Virus record (IMG/VR): IMGVR_UViG_3300050132_000119
Location: 1 to 56,544 of that record
DNA length: 56,544 nucleotides
Direction: 5' to 3' (one strand)
From: a virus
Lineage: Duplodnaviria > Caudoviricetes
How positions within the stretch are numbered: the stretch's first letter is position 1; each line of letters opens with the position of its first letter. The position numbers and the translations under genes were made by a program. Shown here in pieces: positions 17,558-27,437 of the stretch. The notes under the pieces were generated by a model that worked only from the letters and a program-made list of their open reading frames with translations, was not told the origin of the DNA and made no database searches.

Positions 17558-17727
17558 ACCACGGACACGTCGCCCGCACAGCCGGGCTGGTAATCACAAC
17601 TGCCATCGCATCAGCAGCTATTCAGCACATGCCCGCAGATGGCCTTAGCCTGGTCCTCTTGACCATAATGATCGTGACCATCGGAGCGGGGCTTGCAGCG
17701 ATAGCTGCTTCTGAGGAGCCGATATGA
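17554..17727 (+). CDS. 57-aa hydrophobic protein
   Basis: MNHGHVARTAGLVITTAIAS...LSLVLLTIMIVTIGAGL; bounded by 20-bp junction repeats. Confidence 0.6.
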   Translation: MNHGHVARTAGLVITTAIASAAIQHMPADGLSLVLLTIMIVTIGAGLAAIAASEEPI

Positions 17728-18161
17728 ACCACGACAAACTGAGAGCGCTGGTGCAGGCTGCAACACCGGGGCCGTGGTCTGCATATCGCGCAGACGGTAA
17801 GTGTGAATCTACAGGGGACTGGTCGGCGCAGAGTGAATGCATTGGATGCACGCAGTATCAAGCGGTAGTTGAGAAGACATCAGGCACCGTTCTTTTACTG
17901 GTCGTTTCGGAGTCCAGCGACCACGGTGCCGAGTTGAACACCGACTCCAACGCCGCCTACATCGTCGCAGCCTGTAACGCTGTGCCTGCTCTGCTGGACG
18001 AGAACAAGGCGCTGCGGGAGGCGTTGGTTGCTACACGACATGTGCTTGAGGCGGCGAACACCCAACCTGACGGACCTATTTGCGACACGATCTGGTATAG
18101 CGGGTGCGAGACGCTGTTCGACTTCATCGACGTAGCACTCACGAAAGGGCAACCATCATGA
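17724..18161 (+). CDS. Ead/Ea22-like protein
   Basis: LRALVQAATPGPW...NAAYIVAACNAVPALLDE. Confidence 0.7.
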   Translation: MNHDKLRALVQAATPGPWSAYRADGKCESTGDWSAQSECIGCTQYQAVVEKTSGTVLLLVVSESSDHGAELNTDSNAAYIVAACNAVPALLDENKALREALVATRHVLEAANTQPDGPICDTIWYSGCETLFDFIDVALTKGQPS

Positions 18162-18361
18162 TAAACGTACCTGATGAGGCGTCCAGAATCGTAAGAAACA
18201 TGACGCAAATGGCTGAGTATCACGGAACAACATCAGTGGATGTGGTTGATGAAATTCTCAGTCGTTTTTCAAATCCGATCTTTTGCTGGGGGCAAGCCCG
18301 GAATATGGTGTTCACCCCGATAACCACGAGACATATGGCATTCAAAACGGAGGCCGCATGA
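18158..18361 (+). CDS. Hypothetical protein
   Basis: ATGA-coupled at both ends. Confidence 0.55.
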   Translation: MINVPDEASRIVRNMTQMAEYHGTTSVDVVDEILSRFSNPIFCWGQARNMVFTPITTRHMAFKTEAA

Positions 18362-18714
18362 AAGCATTAGACGCGCTAACCAGCGTACTCTGTGATCCTG
18401 ACGGAATAGTCTGCATTGCTGGGTCACCAGAGGATAGGAGACTGGCACAGGCTGCGCTGGACGAACTCCGCCGCACCCTAGGTCACACCGAAACCCTACT
18501 CGGCACCGCAGAGCAACAACTGCGCGACAGGGATGCCATCATCTATGGGCTGCGGGAGAAGCTCAAGGAGATTGAGGGGTCCGCTGACTCAATCTTGCGT
18601 GATATGTGCGAATCAGAGCCGCCAGCCCCGAATGAACCTAACTCAGTTTGCATCCACACGGACGACGTAAGAATCATCCTCGGCAAGTACCTCGCAGCAG
18701 GAGCAAAACCATGA
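18358..18714 (+). CDS. Hypothetical protein
   Basis: GGAGG RBS; ends LAAGAKP. Confidence 0.65.
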   Translation: MKALDALTSVLCDPDGIVCIAGSPEDRRLAQAALDELRRTLGHTETLLGTAEQQLRDRDAIIYGLREKLKEIEGSADSILRDMCESEPPAPNEPNSVCIHTDDVRIILGKYLAAGAKP

Positions 18715-18983
18715 AAGACCGTGAACTACTGGAACTGGCGGCTAAGGCGTGCGGGTGGGTGGGTGTACCTGACAAATGGAGAAACATTTGTTCCAGTGGT
18801 AGGAACACAGAGTGGAACCCTCTCACCGATGATGGTGACGCGCTGCGGCTGGCGGTGAAATTGGGGTTGGCGTTAAGCATCGAAAACTTTGACGGTGTTA
18901 TGGACAAGACCATTGCAGACGGGGCTCTACATGAATGGTGCTGTGTGGCAATCACCGCTCTTGGGAAAGGACGAACATCATGA
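18711..18983 (+). CDS. Hypothetical phage protein
   Basis: DRELLELAAKA...WNPLTDDGDALRLAVKL, a recurrent phage motif. Confidence 0.75.
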   Translation: MKDRELLELAAKACGWVGVPDKWRNICSSGRNTEWNPLTDDGDALRLAVKLGLALSIENFDGVMDKTIADGALHEWCCVAITALGKGRTS

Positions 18984-19333
18984 GCAATATCAAAACGTGG
19001 CAGGAGCGCATGAAAGAGGCGCACTCAAGCTCCGGTAACGAGGTTTACTTTGCCTGCCAGGAAATCGACGAACTCCGAGCGGCCCTGACCGCTACCGAAG
19101 CGAGGCTCAAGGAGGTTAAGCCCGATGTTTCAAAGATGGTGGACAGGTTTCTTGGATGGAAACTACCTGCGGGTTTTTATCCGGACTGTGGAATCACGTT
19201 CAAGCGTGAAAGCGACTATGCCCACCCAATGTATGGGCGGACCAAGCATGAGCCCACAGGAACGAATCTATTCGACTACGAACAGGCGAAGGCGATGTTT
19301 TTGTATTGCCTCGCAGCAGGAGTAAAAGCATGA
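18980..19333 (+). CDS. Hypothetical phage protein
   Basis: MVDRFLGWKLP..F.PDCGI...PTGTNL...QAKAM; ends LAAGVKA. Confidence 0.7.
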   Translation: MSNIKTWQERMKEAHSSSGNEVYFACQEIDELRAALTATEARLKEVKPDVSKMVDRFLGWKLPAGFYPDCGITFKRESDYAHPMYGRTKHEPTGTNLFDYEQAKAMFLYCLAAGVKA

Positions 19334-19839
19334 GCGACTTTAATAAACTTGATCTCTACGCCAAGTTAACTCTGGGCCAGGAGAGGATGTCCCAGGAGAA
19401 GTTGGCCCAACGTCGGCGGGCTATGGGAGTGGTTGATAGCATACCGCTCGCCGCACTCGCTGCCAGTCCTGCTGCGCCTCAAGCTGACACCTGGGAGCAT
19501 GCAAAGTTTGTGCAGCGCGTACTTGGGTCAGATCATCCGACAGACCAAGATCGGGAAGATTCTCTGGCGCGGGTGAAAGAGTTTCGCCAGCAAGTATGGG
19601 AGAGCGGTCGCATTGCGGAGCTTGAAGCCGAACGCATAACCGCAGCAGGTTTGTATGTGACCGTGCTGGAGGAACTCGCGGCGCTGAAGAATCAGGGACC
19701 GGTTACTTGGGGCGTCGATTGGGGGAGACACGGCGACCTTACCTGCGTCAGCATCGTCAAAAAACACCCCAACGGCCAGATAGAAGTTGTTGCCACCGAG
19801 TACGAGCCAGAAGCCGGGGCACAGGAGAAACCAGAATGA
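19330..19839 (+). CDS. Hypothetical mosaic protein
   Basis: AGGAG RBS, ATGA coupling. Confidence 0.65.
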   Translation: MSDFNKLDLYAKLTLGQERMSQEKLAQRRRAMGVVDSIPLAALAASPAAPQADTWEHAKFVQRVLGSDHPTDQDREDSLARVKEFRQQVWESGRIAELEAERITAAGLYVTVLEELAALKNQGPVTWGVDWGRHGDLTCVSIVKKHPNGQIEVVATEYEPEAGAQEKPE

Positions 19840-20222
19840 CTGACAAGCAAACACCAATTGACGGTGAATTCATCCTCGGACCCACATCACTCTGGGCGAC
19901 TCTGCCTAGTGAGATCATGAATATAAGAGGCAACCCCATATCGAATGACTTCATCGTTCCGATCAATGGGGTTGAGATTCTCAAACTGACGCCGGAAGGG
20001 ATGATCTACAAGGGAAAGTTGATCGAGGACGCCGGGGAAGCCCACTCTGCCTGGATGCAGGTTATGGGTGCGATGGGTTACAAAGCACCACTCACTGATG
20101 ATGAGATCAAGACTCTAGCGGAAAGCAATCTGCATTGCGATGATCCTCACTACACCTTCGGGAATGATGGGATCATTGGGTGGCTTGATTTCGCTCGGGC
20201 TGTGCTGAAGGGGCGGACATGA
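19836..20222 (+). CDS. Hypothetical protein
   Basis: AGGAG RBS; ends PLTDDEI...FARAV. Confidence 0.65.
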   Translation: MTDKQTPIDGEFILGPTSLWATLPSEIMNIRGNPISNDFIVPINGVEILKLTPEGMIYKGKLIEDAGEAHSAWMQVMGAMGYKAPLTDDEIKTLAESNLHCDDPHYTFGNDGIIGWLDFARAVLKGRT

Positions 20223-20509
20223 CCCGAGACGAACTGAGTCAGACACTTGACGTACTCCAAGCGTCAAAGATACTCCTCAACTCTGATGGAGTGATGAACC
20301 ATGATACATTGGACCAGTGTATCCAGTTCATCAAGCGCGCCCTAGCAGCCAAGTCCAAGGGTCGCACGCAGCGCCGGGCACTGAGTGACCATCGAACCGC
20401 TGTAGCCTCACAGATGCGGACTAATGGGTACACTTACAAATACATATCCGAGCATCTCGGGGTCAGTTTAACTACAGCGTTCAGGGCTGTGAATGGGAGT
20501 ACAGAATGA
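20219..20509 (+). CDS. Helix-turn-helix protein
   Basis: GYTYKYISEHLGVSLTTAFRAV. Confidence 0.7.
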   Translation: MTRDELSQTLDVLQASKILLNSDGVMNHDTLDQCIQFIKRALAAKSKGRTQRRALSDHRTAVASQMRTNGYTYKYISEHLGVSLTTAFRAVNGSTE

Positions 20510-20686
20510 GTACGGCGAGTGCCGTAAAAGTCTCAACCGAATTGAGACCTTCAGACGGTGCACGGAATGTCGGCATGAATGGGGACACGCAGAGGAAGCG
20601 AACGACACTCGCAAGCCAATGCTGGATGATGATGGCCGCGACACGCCTAATCGTGTAAGCGCCTTGTTGTTGCAGCAAAAGAAGGC

Positions 20687-20714
20687 TTGACAGCGTTTAT
20701 ACAAACGCTACAAT
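20687..20714 (+). promoter_or_regulatory. Sigma70 promoter with operator-like inverted repeat
   Basis: TTGACA-16 bp-TACAAT; AGCGTTT-n4-AAACGCT spans the spacer. Confidence 0.7.
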
Positions 20715-20743
20715 AGAGCCAAGAAACAACAGAGGAATCCACC

Positions 20744-21178
20744 GTGAATCGCGACACACTATGGTCAATTGCCCGCGAGCGAGCCGTCATGGATCGTGAG
20801 AGCTTTATTGATGCATGGGGCAATACTGGTGATGACCAAGTGATTGCTGATACCACTTCGGAAATTGCGCGTTTCCGCACCCTTAAGGGCAAGACATTCA
20901 AGGAGTCGGTGTCGGCAGACCGCGAAGGCGTGCGCCTGGCGCTATTGGCTGCTGAGTGCTGGTATTCGGGAAGTGAATCAGCTCAGGTTGGTCGTGAAAA
21001 GCGTCATGCCGCTGCGATGTATAAGCGAGTCCATCAGTTGCGATCTAAATTATTCGGATCAACCTTGATTGAGGTGACGCTCAAAAACGCCGTCAGCATA
21101 CCAACTCACAAAGTTAGCGAAATGATCAAAAGCGGCCTTACACCGACTGAATTTCTGGCTTCTCTGAATAACCGATAA
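20744..21178 (+). CDS. Moron-like hypothetical protein
   Basis: Own promoter, GAGGA RBS, GTG start. Confidence 0.7.
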   Translation: MNRDTLWSIARERAVMDRESFIDAWGNTGDDQVIADTTSEIARFRTLKGKTFKESVSADREGVRLALLAAECWYSGSESAQVGREKRHAAAMYKRVHQLRSKLFGSTLIEVTLKNAVSIPTHKVSEMIKSGLTPTEFLASLNNR

Positions 21179-21366
21179 GACGAAGGAAAACACAGAAGGC
21201 CCACAGACGAGAAGAAGTTCTTAGATAACTTTGACGCCATATTCAGGAAGCCTGAGCCTATGGATCTGAGTCAAGAGTCTTTGGAGAAAGTGGTAGCTGA
21301 TATCCAGGATATTGGCGAAGTCATTACACTGAAGCCGACTAAAGTGTTCTTCTTGGGGGAACCCAA

Positions 21367-21588
21367 ATGAATTGGTTCCCTAAAGAGGCGATACCCGATG
21401 CGCCTGTTCTCCCGCTAACAGGTCCACCATGTCAGAGATGCAATCACTGGAATCCTCAACCTACCTACTTCCATACCCCTCGGGGATTTGTAGTAGACCA
21501 TATCCAACTTTGTCATGCTGAGATGATGCACTTCGACTTCGGTTGCTTTGACGCTAAGACTCTTGCGAGTTCGATTAAGGATTCTTGA
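21367..21588 (+). CDS. Small Cys-containing protein, last + strand gene
   Basis: CQRCNHW...LCH...GCF. Confidence 0.6.
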   Translation: MNWFPKEAIPDAPVLPLTGPPCQRCNHWNPQPTYFHTPRGFVVDHIQLCHAEMMHFDFGCFDAKTLASSIKDS

Positions 21589-23326
21589 GCAGCCCACTCG
21601 ACAAGAGCGACTGAGACAGTGCTCCCCGCTGTTCTGGAGTCAGTTGGATGGACCAGTTGGATGTATCCGATGGATTGGCGAAGTTCTTCTGGTACCAGTC
21701 ACTCAGGAGCATATGACGAGCCGGTACACGAAGGGCTGGGGTAGCGCCAAGCAGAGCACCCTTCAACCCTCCCGCTAGATATCCACCACCAACCCCCGCA
21801 GCGATAGCAGCCGCGTTCCCTGTCGAAGTCAGCGGTGCTTGAGTATTGACGTTGGGCTTGTTGTATTCCGGATACATGGCTCCAAACTTCCCAAGGAGCA
21901 GTTGATCCCCCTCAAGTGGGAGTTCATTCTTGTATCGATCCACGAAGGGCTTCGCGTTCACATCACCTGAGTCAGGATTTGCGAGTGCCTTGTCAACCGT
22001 GTAGTTCTGGGCGATATCCTTACGTGCCTGCAGCAAGTTTGGGACTATGTTACTCGGACCCTGATCCATCAGATGCTCGTTTACCAGATTTTCAAGTGCC
22101 TTCGATATATCAATACGGGCTTCCCCGACTGGCACATCATTGACATTGCCGCCATATTTCGTATTTGCTTGCCGATTTCCTATAGTCCGTTGCTGCTGGA
22201 TTGCGGTGTTGATTTGATCACCCGTCAGGGTAGGAACCGCGTATGCGCTAGTTGCCTGCGCAACAGTATCGTTCTGCAAAGTTGGGTCCATGCTCTGAGA
22301 CATCCCACGATCCCGATTTATCTTATCCAGAGCCAATTGGAAATTGGACGGTTGAACTACCTCTCCAGGTCTCAGAACTGTCATCGTATTGACACCAGTT
22401 GGGATATCACCGAGATTGCTGATGGGTGCGTAACCCTGAGCACCGCGTTGCGCACGTAACGTAGCCAGTGCGTCTGCGGTAACGGGAGTCCCAGCTGGAA
22501 CCCCGACACTCTCACCCGCAACCGTAGCCCGAGTGTGAGCATTCCTATAATTAGCATCCTGTTTCAGTTGACTATTGCCAGCAAGTGTCTCAAGGAGGCT
22601 GTTCGTCCAACTCGTATTTCCCGCAGCACTTGGCGGAACCACAAACCCCTTGGCTTGGGCATCGGCAAGTACCTGACTCCGAGGGGTCACGGGTGCGGAG
22701 GTGGTCTGTCTCCCCGCAGCACCCGGAGCCAAGGATGCTGCAATAGCGAGAGGCTCACTCCCTGTCAGATCGTAGGCACCCTTACCCGCAAGGGAACTCA
22801 GTACCCCACGAGTGGCCTGACCCGCTGCAGCAGAGACACTGGCTGGATTCATGATCCCTGCCAACCCAGCACCAGCGGCCTGGAGATAGCCACCCTCATA
22901 TCGCGGGTCAGACGGGTTCACCAGGGCACTGGACACGGGGTTCTTTGCGGCCTGTGCCAGGAGCCACTCGGCAGAACCCGGAGTCTGTGCCCGGTTCTGG
23001 ACCTGGAGCCAATCAGGGGGTGTTTTCCCTGTGATTGCCCGATACGGTGCTCCGATAGCCGCCTTGCCCAAGTCGTTGATATTCGCAAGAACGTCAGCTG
23101 GGTTGAAGGTGCGGACCAGGCCCCGGCCTAGACCTGTACTTACGGCGTTGGCGGCATCCAGTAGACTCCGACCGATACTCTTATCCGCAGGCGGCGCTGG
23201 GATAGTGTTGCCCGGAATGCTCTGCGCATCCAGCATCATCTGATCCACTGTGCTGGGTGCTGGACTAGCGGGTGCAGGAGAACCTCCCGCATCCAGCATC
23301 ATCTGAGTGAAGGTGTCATTTGCCAT
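21575..23326 (-). CDS. Putative DNA ejection / internal virion protein
   Basis: End of the virion operon; Ala/Gly-rich, helical. Confidence 0.65.
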   Translation of the reverse strand: MANDTFTQMMLDAGGSPAPASPAPSTVDQMMLDAQSIPGNTIPAPPADKSIGRSLLDAANAVSTGLGRGLVRTFNPADVLANINDLGKAAIGAPYRAITGKTPPDWLQVQNRAQTPGSAEWLLAQAAKNPVSSALVNPSDPRYEGGYLQAAGAGLAGIMNPASVSAAAGQATRGVLSSLAGKGAYDLTGSEPLAIAASLAPGAAGRQTTSAPVTPRSQVLADAQAKGFVVPPSAAGNTSWTNSLLETLAGNSQLKQDANYRNAHTRATVAGESVGVPAGTPVTADALATLRAQRGAQGYAPISNLGDIPTGVNTMTVLRPGEVVQPSNFQLALDKINRDRGMSQSMDPTLQNDTVAQATSAYAVPTLTGDQINTAIQQQRTIGNRQANTKYGGNVNDVPVGEARIDISKALENLVNEHLMDQGPSNIVPNLLQARKDIAQNYTVDKALANPDSGDVNAKPFVDRYKNELPLEGDQLLLGKFGAMYPEYNKPNVNTQAPLTSTGNAAAIAAGVGGGYLAGGLKGALLGATPALRVPARHMLLSDWYQKNFANPSDTSNWSIQLTPEQRGALSQSLLSSGLLKNP

Positions 23327-25257
23327 CAGAACGCTCCGATTGCTTTCAGATTCTGGACTCTGTTAAGGAACGTGGGGTCTTGCGCGGTGACAGAACCCAG
23401 ATATGCCTTGGCTGCGGGAGAGCCTGGGACCATGTGCTGATAAGTCGAGTACCGCTCGAAAAGGGTCGGATCAGCATTCTTATTGAATACCGACTCATTT
23501 TGACTATACGTTACCGGACTCAGTGCGTTAGCATGAGGTGCCAACACCGAATTCTTGGCAATGATCATATCATTCGCACCGATCAGATTCTGTGAGGTCT
23601 TATCGATCGCGTCGATTGTCATACCGGAGTTCGGATACGCAGCCTGCAGAAGTGTCTGCGCCTGGTCAGTACCTAGACCACCTGTTCTCATACGAGCAAT
23701 AATCTGTGACTCATTCTTCTTCATGACTTCGTAAGCAGTCGCCATATCGGTGGACGCCGGAAGTCCAGCCTGCGCCAACAGGTTATTCGCATAGTTCAGT
23801 TTGTCAGAGGCGGGACCAATGATCGCCTTCTTCGCCTGGTCTGCAATGCCCTTGAGGTAAGAGTTCTGAGTCTGAGCTTGCGCCACCTGAGTAGTCAGAT
23901 CCCCGAACTTGTCAATCATCTGCTTCTGGGTTCCGGTAGCGGCGCTCTCGATGCCGGGCGCAAGAGCCGGGCTCACGGGTCCGGTGGATGTCGCCATGGG
24001 GGAACCCGCTGGTGGGGGAACACCTTGAGCAGCAGCAGCTTGTAGCGCAGCGGTTGACTGAATCGGGGTTGTCCCAGAAGGACCACCGTACACCGTGGTT
24101 GGGTGGGCTGCGGCAGTACCCATCGCAGTAGCCTTAGCTGCTGTAGTAGTTGCGTCTATCCCACCAGGAATAGGAACCACAGACCAATTATCATTCGCGT
24201 CAACCACGTTCATATGACCAGCAGGTGGTGATGCGGGCGTCGTGTGAATCTTGTTGTCCGACCCGATGTACGGAGCACCCGGACGCAGTGATGTGGGTTG
24301 CAGACGAGTGTCCTTGAGATTCTTAGCTGCCATCTGAGCATTGAACTCTGGACTCCCTTGAACCATGCCACCCTGGATCAATTGCTTGGCAAAGTCGGTC
24401 AGGTCGGCATTCTTTGCATACATTCCGGCAACACCCTTACCACCATTGAACGCAATGTCCAGGCCCACTGCCCGTGGATCTACTCCACCGTTTCCAGCGG
24501 GTTGACCTGTAGGTTGTGCGATGGGTTGAACATGTGATACCTGACCCATGGGTGCTGCACCAGTGATCCCCGGAGCAGTTCCTGCGACTGTGGGTGCTCC
24601 TATTACCGGAGCCTGCGGTGTTGCAGCAGGCTGAGTGTTCGGGTCTTGAGGCACTCCCTGAACGGGTGCTCCCGGTGCAGGAGCTTGCCCATTCACCATT
24701 GCCATCCCAGTACCAAACTTCTGCCGCTCAAATTCCATGTTCTGCTGCGCAATAACCTGCTGCATGATGTGCGGCAGATACTGCATCCGAAGTTGCTCCT
24801 GCTGCTGCTTCTGTTGCTGCATGGCACTGGCTACATTACCAATCTGTTCCCCGAGTCCACCTGTCTTGGTGGCACTCCCGAATCCAGCAGCTAGAGCCAG
24901 ATACTGACCCCGCTGGTCATTCTGCGGGACATACTGGTTCAGTGCTTCCTGTGGGGACAGCATTTTGGGAGGCACCAAACCCAACATCGACTGACTCAAT
25001 GCACCTGTGGGTGCTTGCGCAGCTATCTGTTGTGCAGGAACCTGAACTGCGGCTTGACTCAATGCTCCACCTGAATTGGTATCTGGTGCAGATGTATCCG
25101 CAGGATACACATTCCCCTGCACCGGACTCGAAATACCCAGACTAGCGCTAGGACCAAATCGGAAGGTGGGACGTTCACCATTTCCGTTCTTTTCCTCATA
25201 AGCACGGAGGACATCCTGTACGGCACTAGGGAGTTCTTCAAATGATGCCATAGTCAA
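23326..25257 (-). CDS. Putative DNA ejection protein
   Basis: Gln/Ala/Pro-rich; position after the nozzle. Confidence 0.65.
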   Translation of the reverse strand: MTMASFEELPSAVQDVLRAYEEKNGNGERPTFRFGPSASLGISSPVQGNVYPADTSAPDTNSGGALSQAAVQVPAQQIAAQAPTGALSQSMLGLVPPKMLSPQEALNQYVPQNDQRGQYLALAAGFGSATKTGGLGEQIGNVASAMQQQKQQQEQLRMQYLPHIMQQVIAQQNMEFERQKFGTGMAMVNGQAPAPGAPVQGVPQDPNTQPAATPQAPVIGAPTVAGTAPGITGAAPMGQVSHVQPIAQPTGQPAGNGGVDPRAVGLDIAFNGGKGVAGMYAKNADLTDFAKQLIQGGMVQGSPEFNAQMAAKNLKDTRLQPTSLRPGAPYIGSDNKIHTTPASPPAGHMNVVDANDNWSVVPIPGGIDATTTAAKATAMGTAAAHPTTVYGGPSGTTPIQSTAALQAAAAQGVPPPAGSPMATSTGPVSPALAPGIESAATGTQKQMIDKFGDLTTQVAQAQTQNSYLKGIADQAKKAIIGPASDKLNYANNLLAQAGLPASTDMATAYEVMKKNESQIIARMRTGGLGTDQAQTLLQAAYPNSGMTIDAIDKTSQNLIGANDMIIAKNSVLAPHANALSPVTYSQNESVFNKNADPTLFERYSTYQHMVPGSPAAKAYLGSVTAQDPTFLNRVQNLKAIGAF

Positions 25258-25260
25258 TCC

Positions 25261-26292
25261 TTATTGAGGCTGAGTGCCAGGAGCCGGGGTCGTACCATTC
25301 GAGTTTAACCCTTGAGCCAGATAGTAGGCAGCAGCCGCGCTACTGAGAGCCCCTGGACCATAGGCACTTGCGGGACCGTTACTCGTACTCGTGACAGCAT
25401 TGGGCAACTGCATCCCGCTTGTCAGACTCGCCTCGTTCTGCAACTGGGTCCAGGGCTGCGTGAGCGCTGTATTCGCATTGGACAGGTCAGTGTCGTAGCC
25501 TTTTTGTTGGAGTGCCTGCTGCTGGTTACCCGTAGCCAGCAGATTCGCATTGTCCGTGTTACCCAGAGCCTGTGCAGTCTGAGTCAGCGCGCCCGTCTGA
25601 CTTGCGCCGGTACTCAGGGCACTCGTGGTATCGTTTGCGCCCGTGAGAGCCGCAGTCGCCTGGATCTGACCCTGTTGCTGTGTTCTGTTGGCATCTGCGG
25701 CAAATGCGTTTTGAGCCTGACCATATCCGGCCTGAAGGGCACTGCTCTGTTGACCCGTGATATCGTTGGATGCCTGTACTGCCGCCTGACCCAGTACATC
25801 GGCATTCCGGGTGGACCCGAACTGACCAGAACCGATCATGGAGGCATTGACTCCCGGCATGATGGTTTCATTCCAGTTCCGAGCACCCAGTCGTGCGATG
25901 TTGTCAGTCACCGCAGAGGTATACGGACTCATGTACTTGGCCGCAGTACCCGCGTCCCAGGTCTGTGCGGGTCCAGCAACAGCATCCTGAGCCGAGTTGA
26001 CCAGACTTGTGGCAGCGGGAGCAATCTGATTCGTCAGACCCTGAGCCGCAGACATTCCCGGTTGCCACGTACCCTGCATATCCGCAGTCTGCTGGAACGC
26101 CTGAGTCTGAGTCGGATTGAACCCCGCAACGCTGGCCTGGGGGAGAGGCTGCTGCAGATTATTCTGTGCGAGTTGAGAACCCTGATCCGCAAGGTTCTTC
26201 GTATACTGTTGGTACCAGGCAGGCAGATCCTTGTTTGTGGCGGAGCTTGTGTCAATGGCCGCGCCGGGCGATCCTGTAGTCAGATTAGCCAT
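25261..26292 (-). CDS. Putative DNA ejection (pilot-like) protein
   Basis: VAGFNPTQ, YMSPYT, GQFGSTR; Gln/Ala-rich. Confidence 0.7.
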   Translation of the reverse strand: MANLTTGSPGAAIDTSSATNKDLPAWYQQYTKNLADQGSQLAQNNLQQPLPQASVAGFNPTQTQAFQQTADMQGTWQPGMSAAQGLTNQIAPAATSLVNSAQDAVAGPAQTWDAGTAAKYMSPYTSAVTDNIARLGARNWNETIMPGVNASMIGSGQFGSTRNADVLGQAAVQASNDITGQQSSALQAGYGQAQNAFAADANRTQQQGQIQATAALTGANDTTSALSTGASQTGALTQTAQALGNTDNANLLATGNQQQALQQKGYDTDLSNANTALTQPWTQLQNEASLTSGMQLPNAVTSTSNGPASAYGPGALSSAAAAYYLAQGLNSNGTTPAPGTQPQ

Positions 26293-27190
26293 TTAGACCA
26301 CCTTTCATGTAGCTGAGGGCACCCTGAGCAGGTGGAGCAATTTCACCATTCGGGGCAGCGCGTTTCTGAGCCCGGAGTTCTTCGCGTAATTGGTCGAGTT
26401 TTGCAGCACCTGCTGAATTGTTCCCATCACCCAACATCGCCACAGACTCTGCATCCATGACGTATTCGCCACCGGAGAGCTTGGCGTCAATCAAATCAGC
26501 CTGACCCCCGCTGTCATCGGAGACGTAACCTACAAAGGGTTGAGCTTGGGTCAGAGGTCCATTGCCAGGTACTTCACCCCCCTCGGCGAACTTCTTCGGA
26601 GGAACCACGATGGGGTTGGACACCGCAGAGTTGAACTGATACGGCTGCACAGCACGAGGAGCCTGAGTCAGGGCACCCACACCAGGTGTGACGCTGGACG
26701 GCATAGCTGCTGCACTGGTCCGCTGAATCTGGTTACCCGACCGGATCGGGGTCTGCATGGCGGACATCTGAGCCTGAGTGAAGGCACCGGGGGTGTTACT
26801 CGGTTGCTGCGATAGAAGCTGAGTAGCGGATTTGGGGTTGTAGGCTGGGGAACTCAGGGAACCGTATAAGCTCATCGCACCCAGACCTAGCCCTGCGAGT
26901 TGAGATCCAGTCAGGCTCAGGCCAGTCAGAGAGTTGAACCCCTTGACCAGATCGGTTGACCATGGTGTCCCACTGGACGCGGCACCCGCAAAGTTCGAGG
27001 GATTGGTAGCATAGTTCGGGAGCCCTGTGGCAGTATCGATTGCCATGGGATCAACTGTGGGATTCGCAGCCCCTCCAGTCGTGGATGTATTATTTGTAAT
27101 CGATGGGTCTAAGTAACCTGCGGGGGCCGTGCTTCCACCCGATCCGTCATCGTACAGATAATTACCTTCAGTGTCGTAGATAGCTGCCAT
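26285..27190 (-). CDS. Virion protein with FAxGG / LS.GEYV module
   Basis: FAEGG...D.IDAKLSGGEYVMDAESV..LGDG...AGA..L. Confidence 0.7.
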   Translation of the reverse strand: MAAIYDTEGNYLYDDGSGGSTAPAGYLDPSITNNTSTTGGAANPTVDPMAIDTATGLPNYATNPSNFAGAASSGTPWSTDLVKGFNSLTGLSLTGSQLAGLGLGAMSLYGSLSSPAYNPKSATQLLSQQPSNTPGAFTQAQMSAMQTPIRSGNQIQRTSAAAMPSSVTPGVGALTQAPRAVQPYQFNSAVSNPIVVPPKKFAEGGEVPGNGPLTQAQPFVGYVSDDSGGQADLIDAKLSGGEYVMDAESVAMLGDGNNSAGAAKLDQLREELRAQKRAAPNGEIAPPAQGALSYMKGGLNG

Positions 27191-27194
27191 AGTA

Positions 27195-27437
27195 TTACCT
27201 CACTGCGCCAATAAATTGCTCTGCCCAGCGCTCCCAATCGTCAAAGTTCTCGGCAGAAGGAATATTCATTGCCACGAGTTCTGGCACATGAAACAGCGCA
27301 CATACCCATGTCTTCCATGAATCGTCATTATACGGGGCTGCGACCCCATATTTCGCCAATTGTTCTGCAACAACTGCGCCCCATTCGCTGAATTTTAATC
27401 CTTTTGGTTCAGGAAGGAAGGAAGTTGTGGTTTTCAT
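27195..27437 (-). CDS. Small Trp-rich tail-associated protein
   Basis: Coupled to the nozzle gene; FDDWERWA. Confidence 0.7.
   Translation of the reverse strand: MKTTTSFLPEPKGLKFSEWGAVVAEQLAKYGVAAPYNDDSWKTWVCALFHVPELVAMNIPSAENFDDWERWAEQFIGAVR

Noticed and set aside
20493-20690. 65-aa ORF with CxxC
   Set aside because: A competing ATGA-coupled frame starts at 20506; I could not decide which is real
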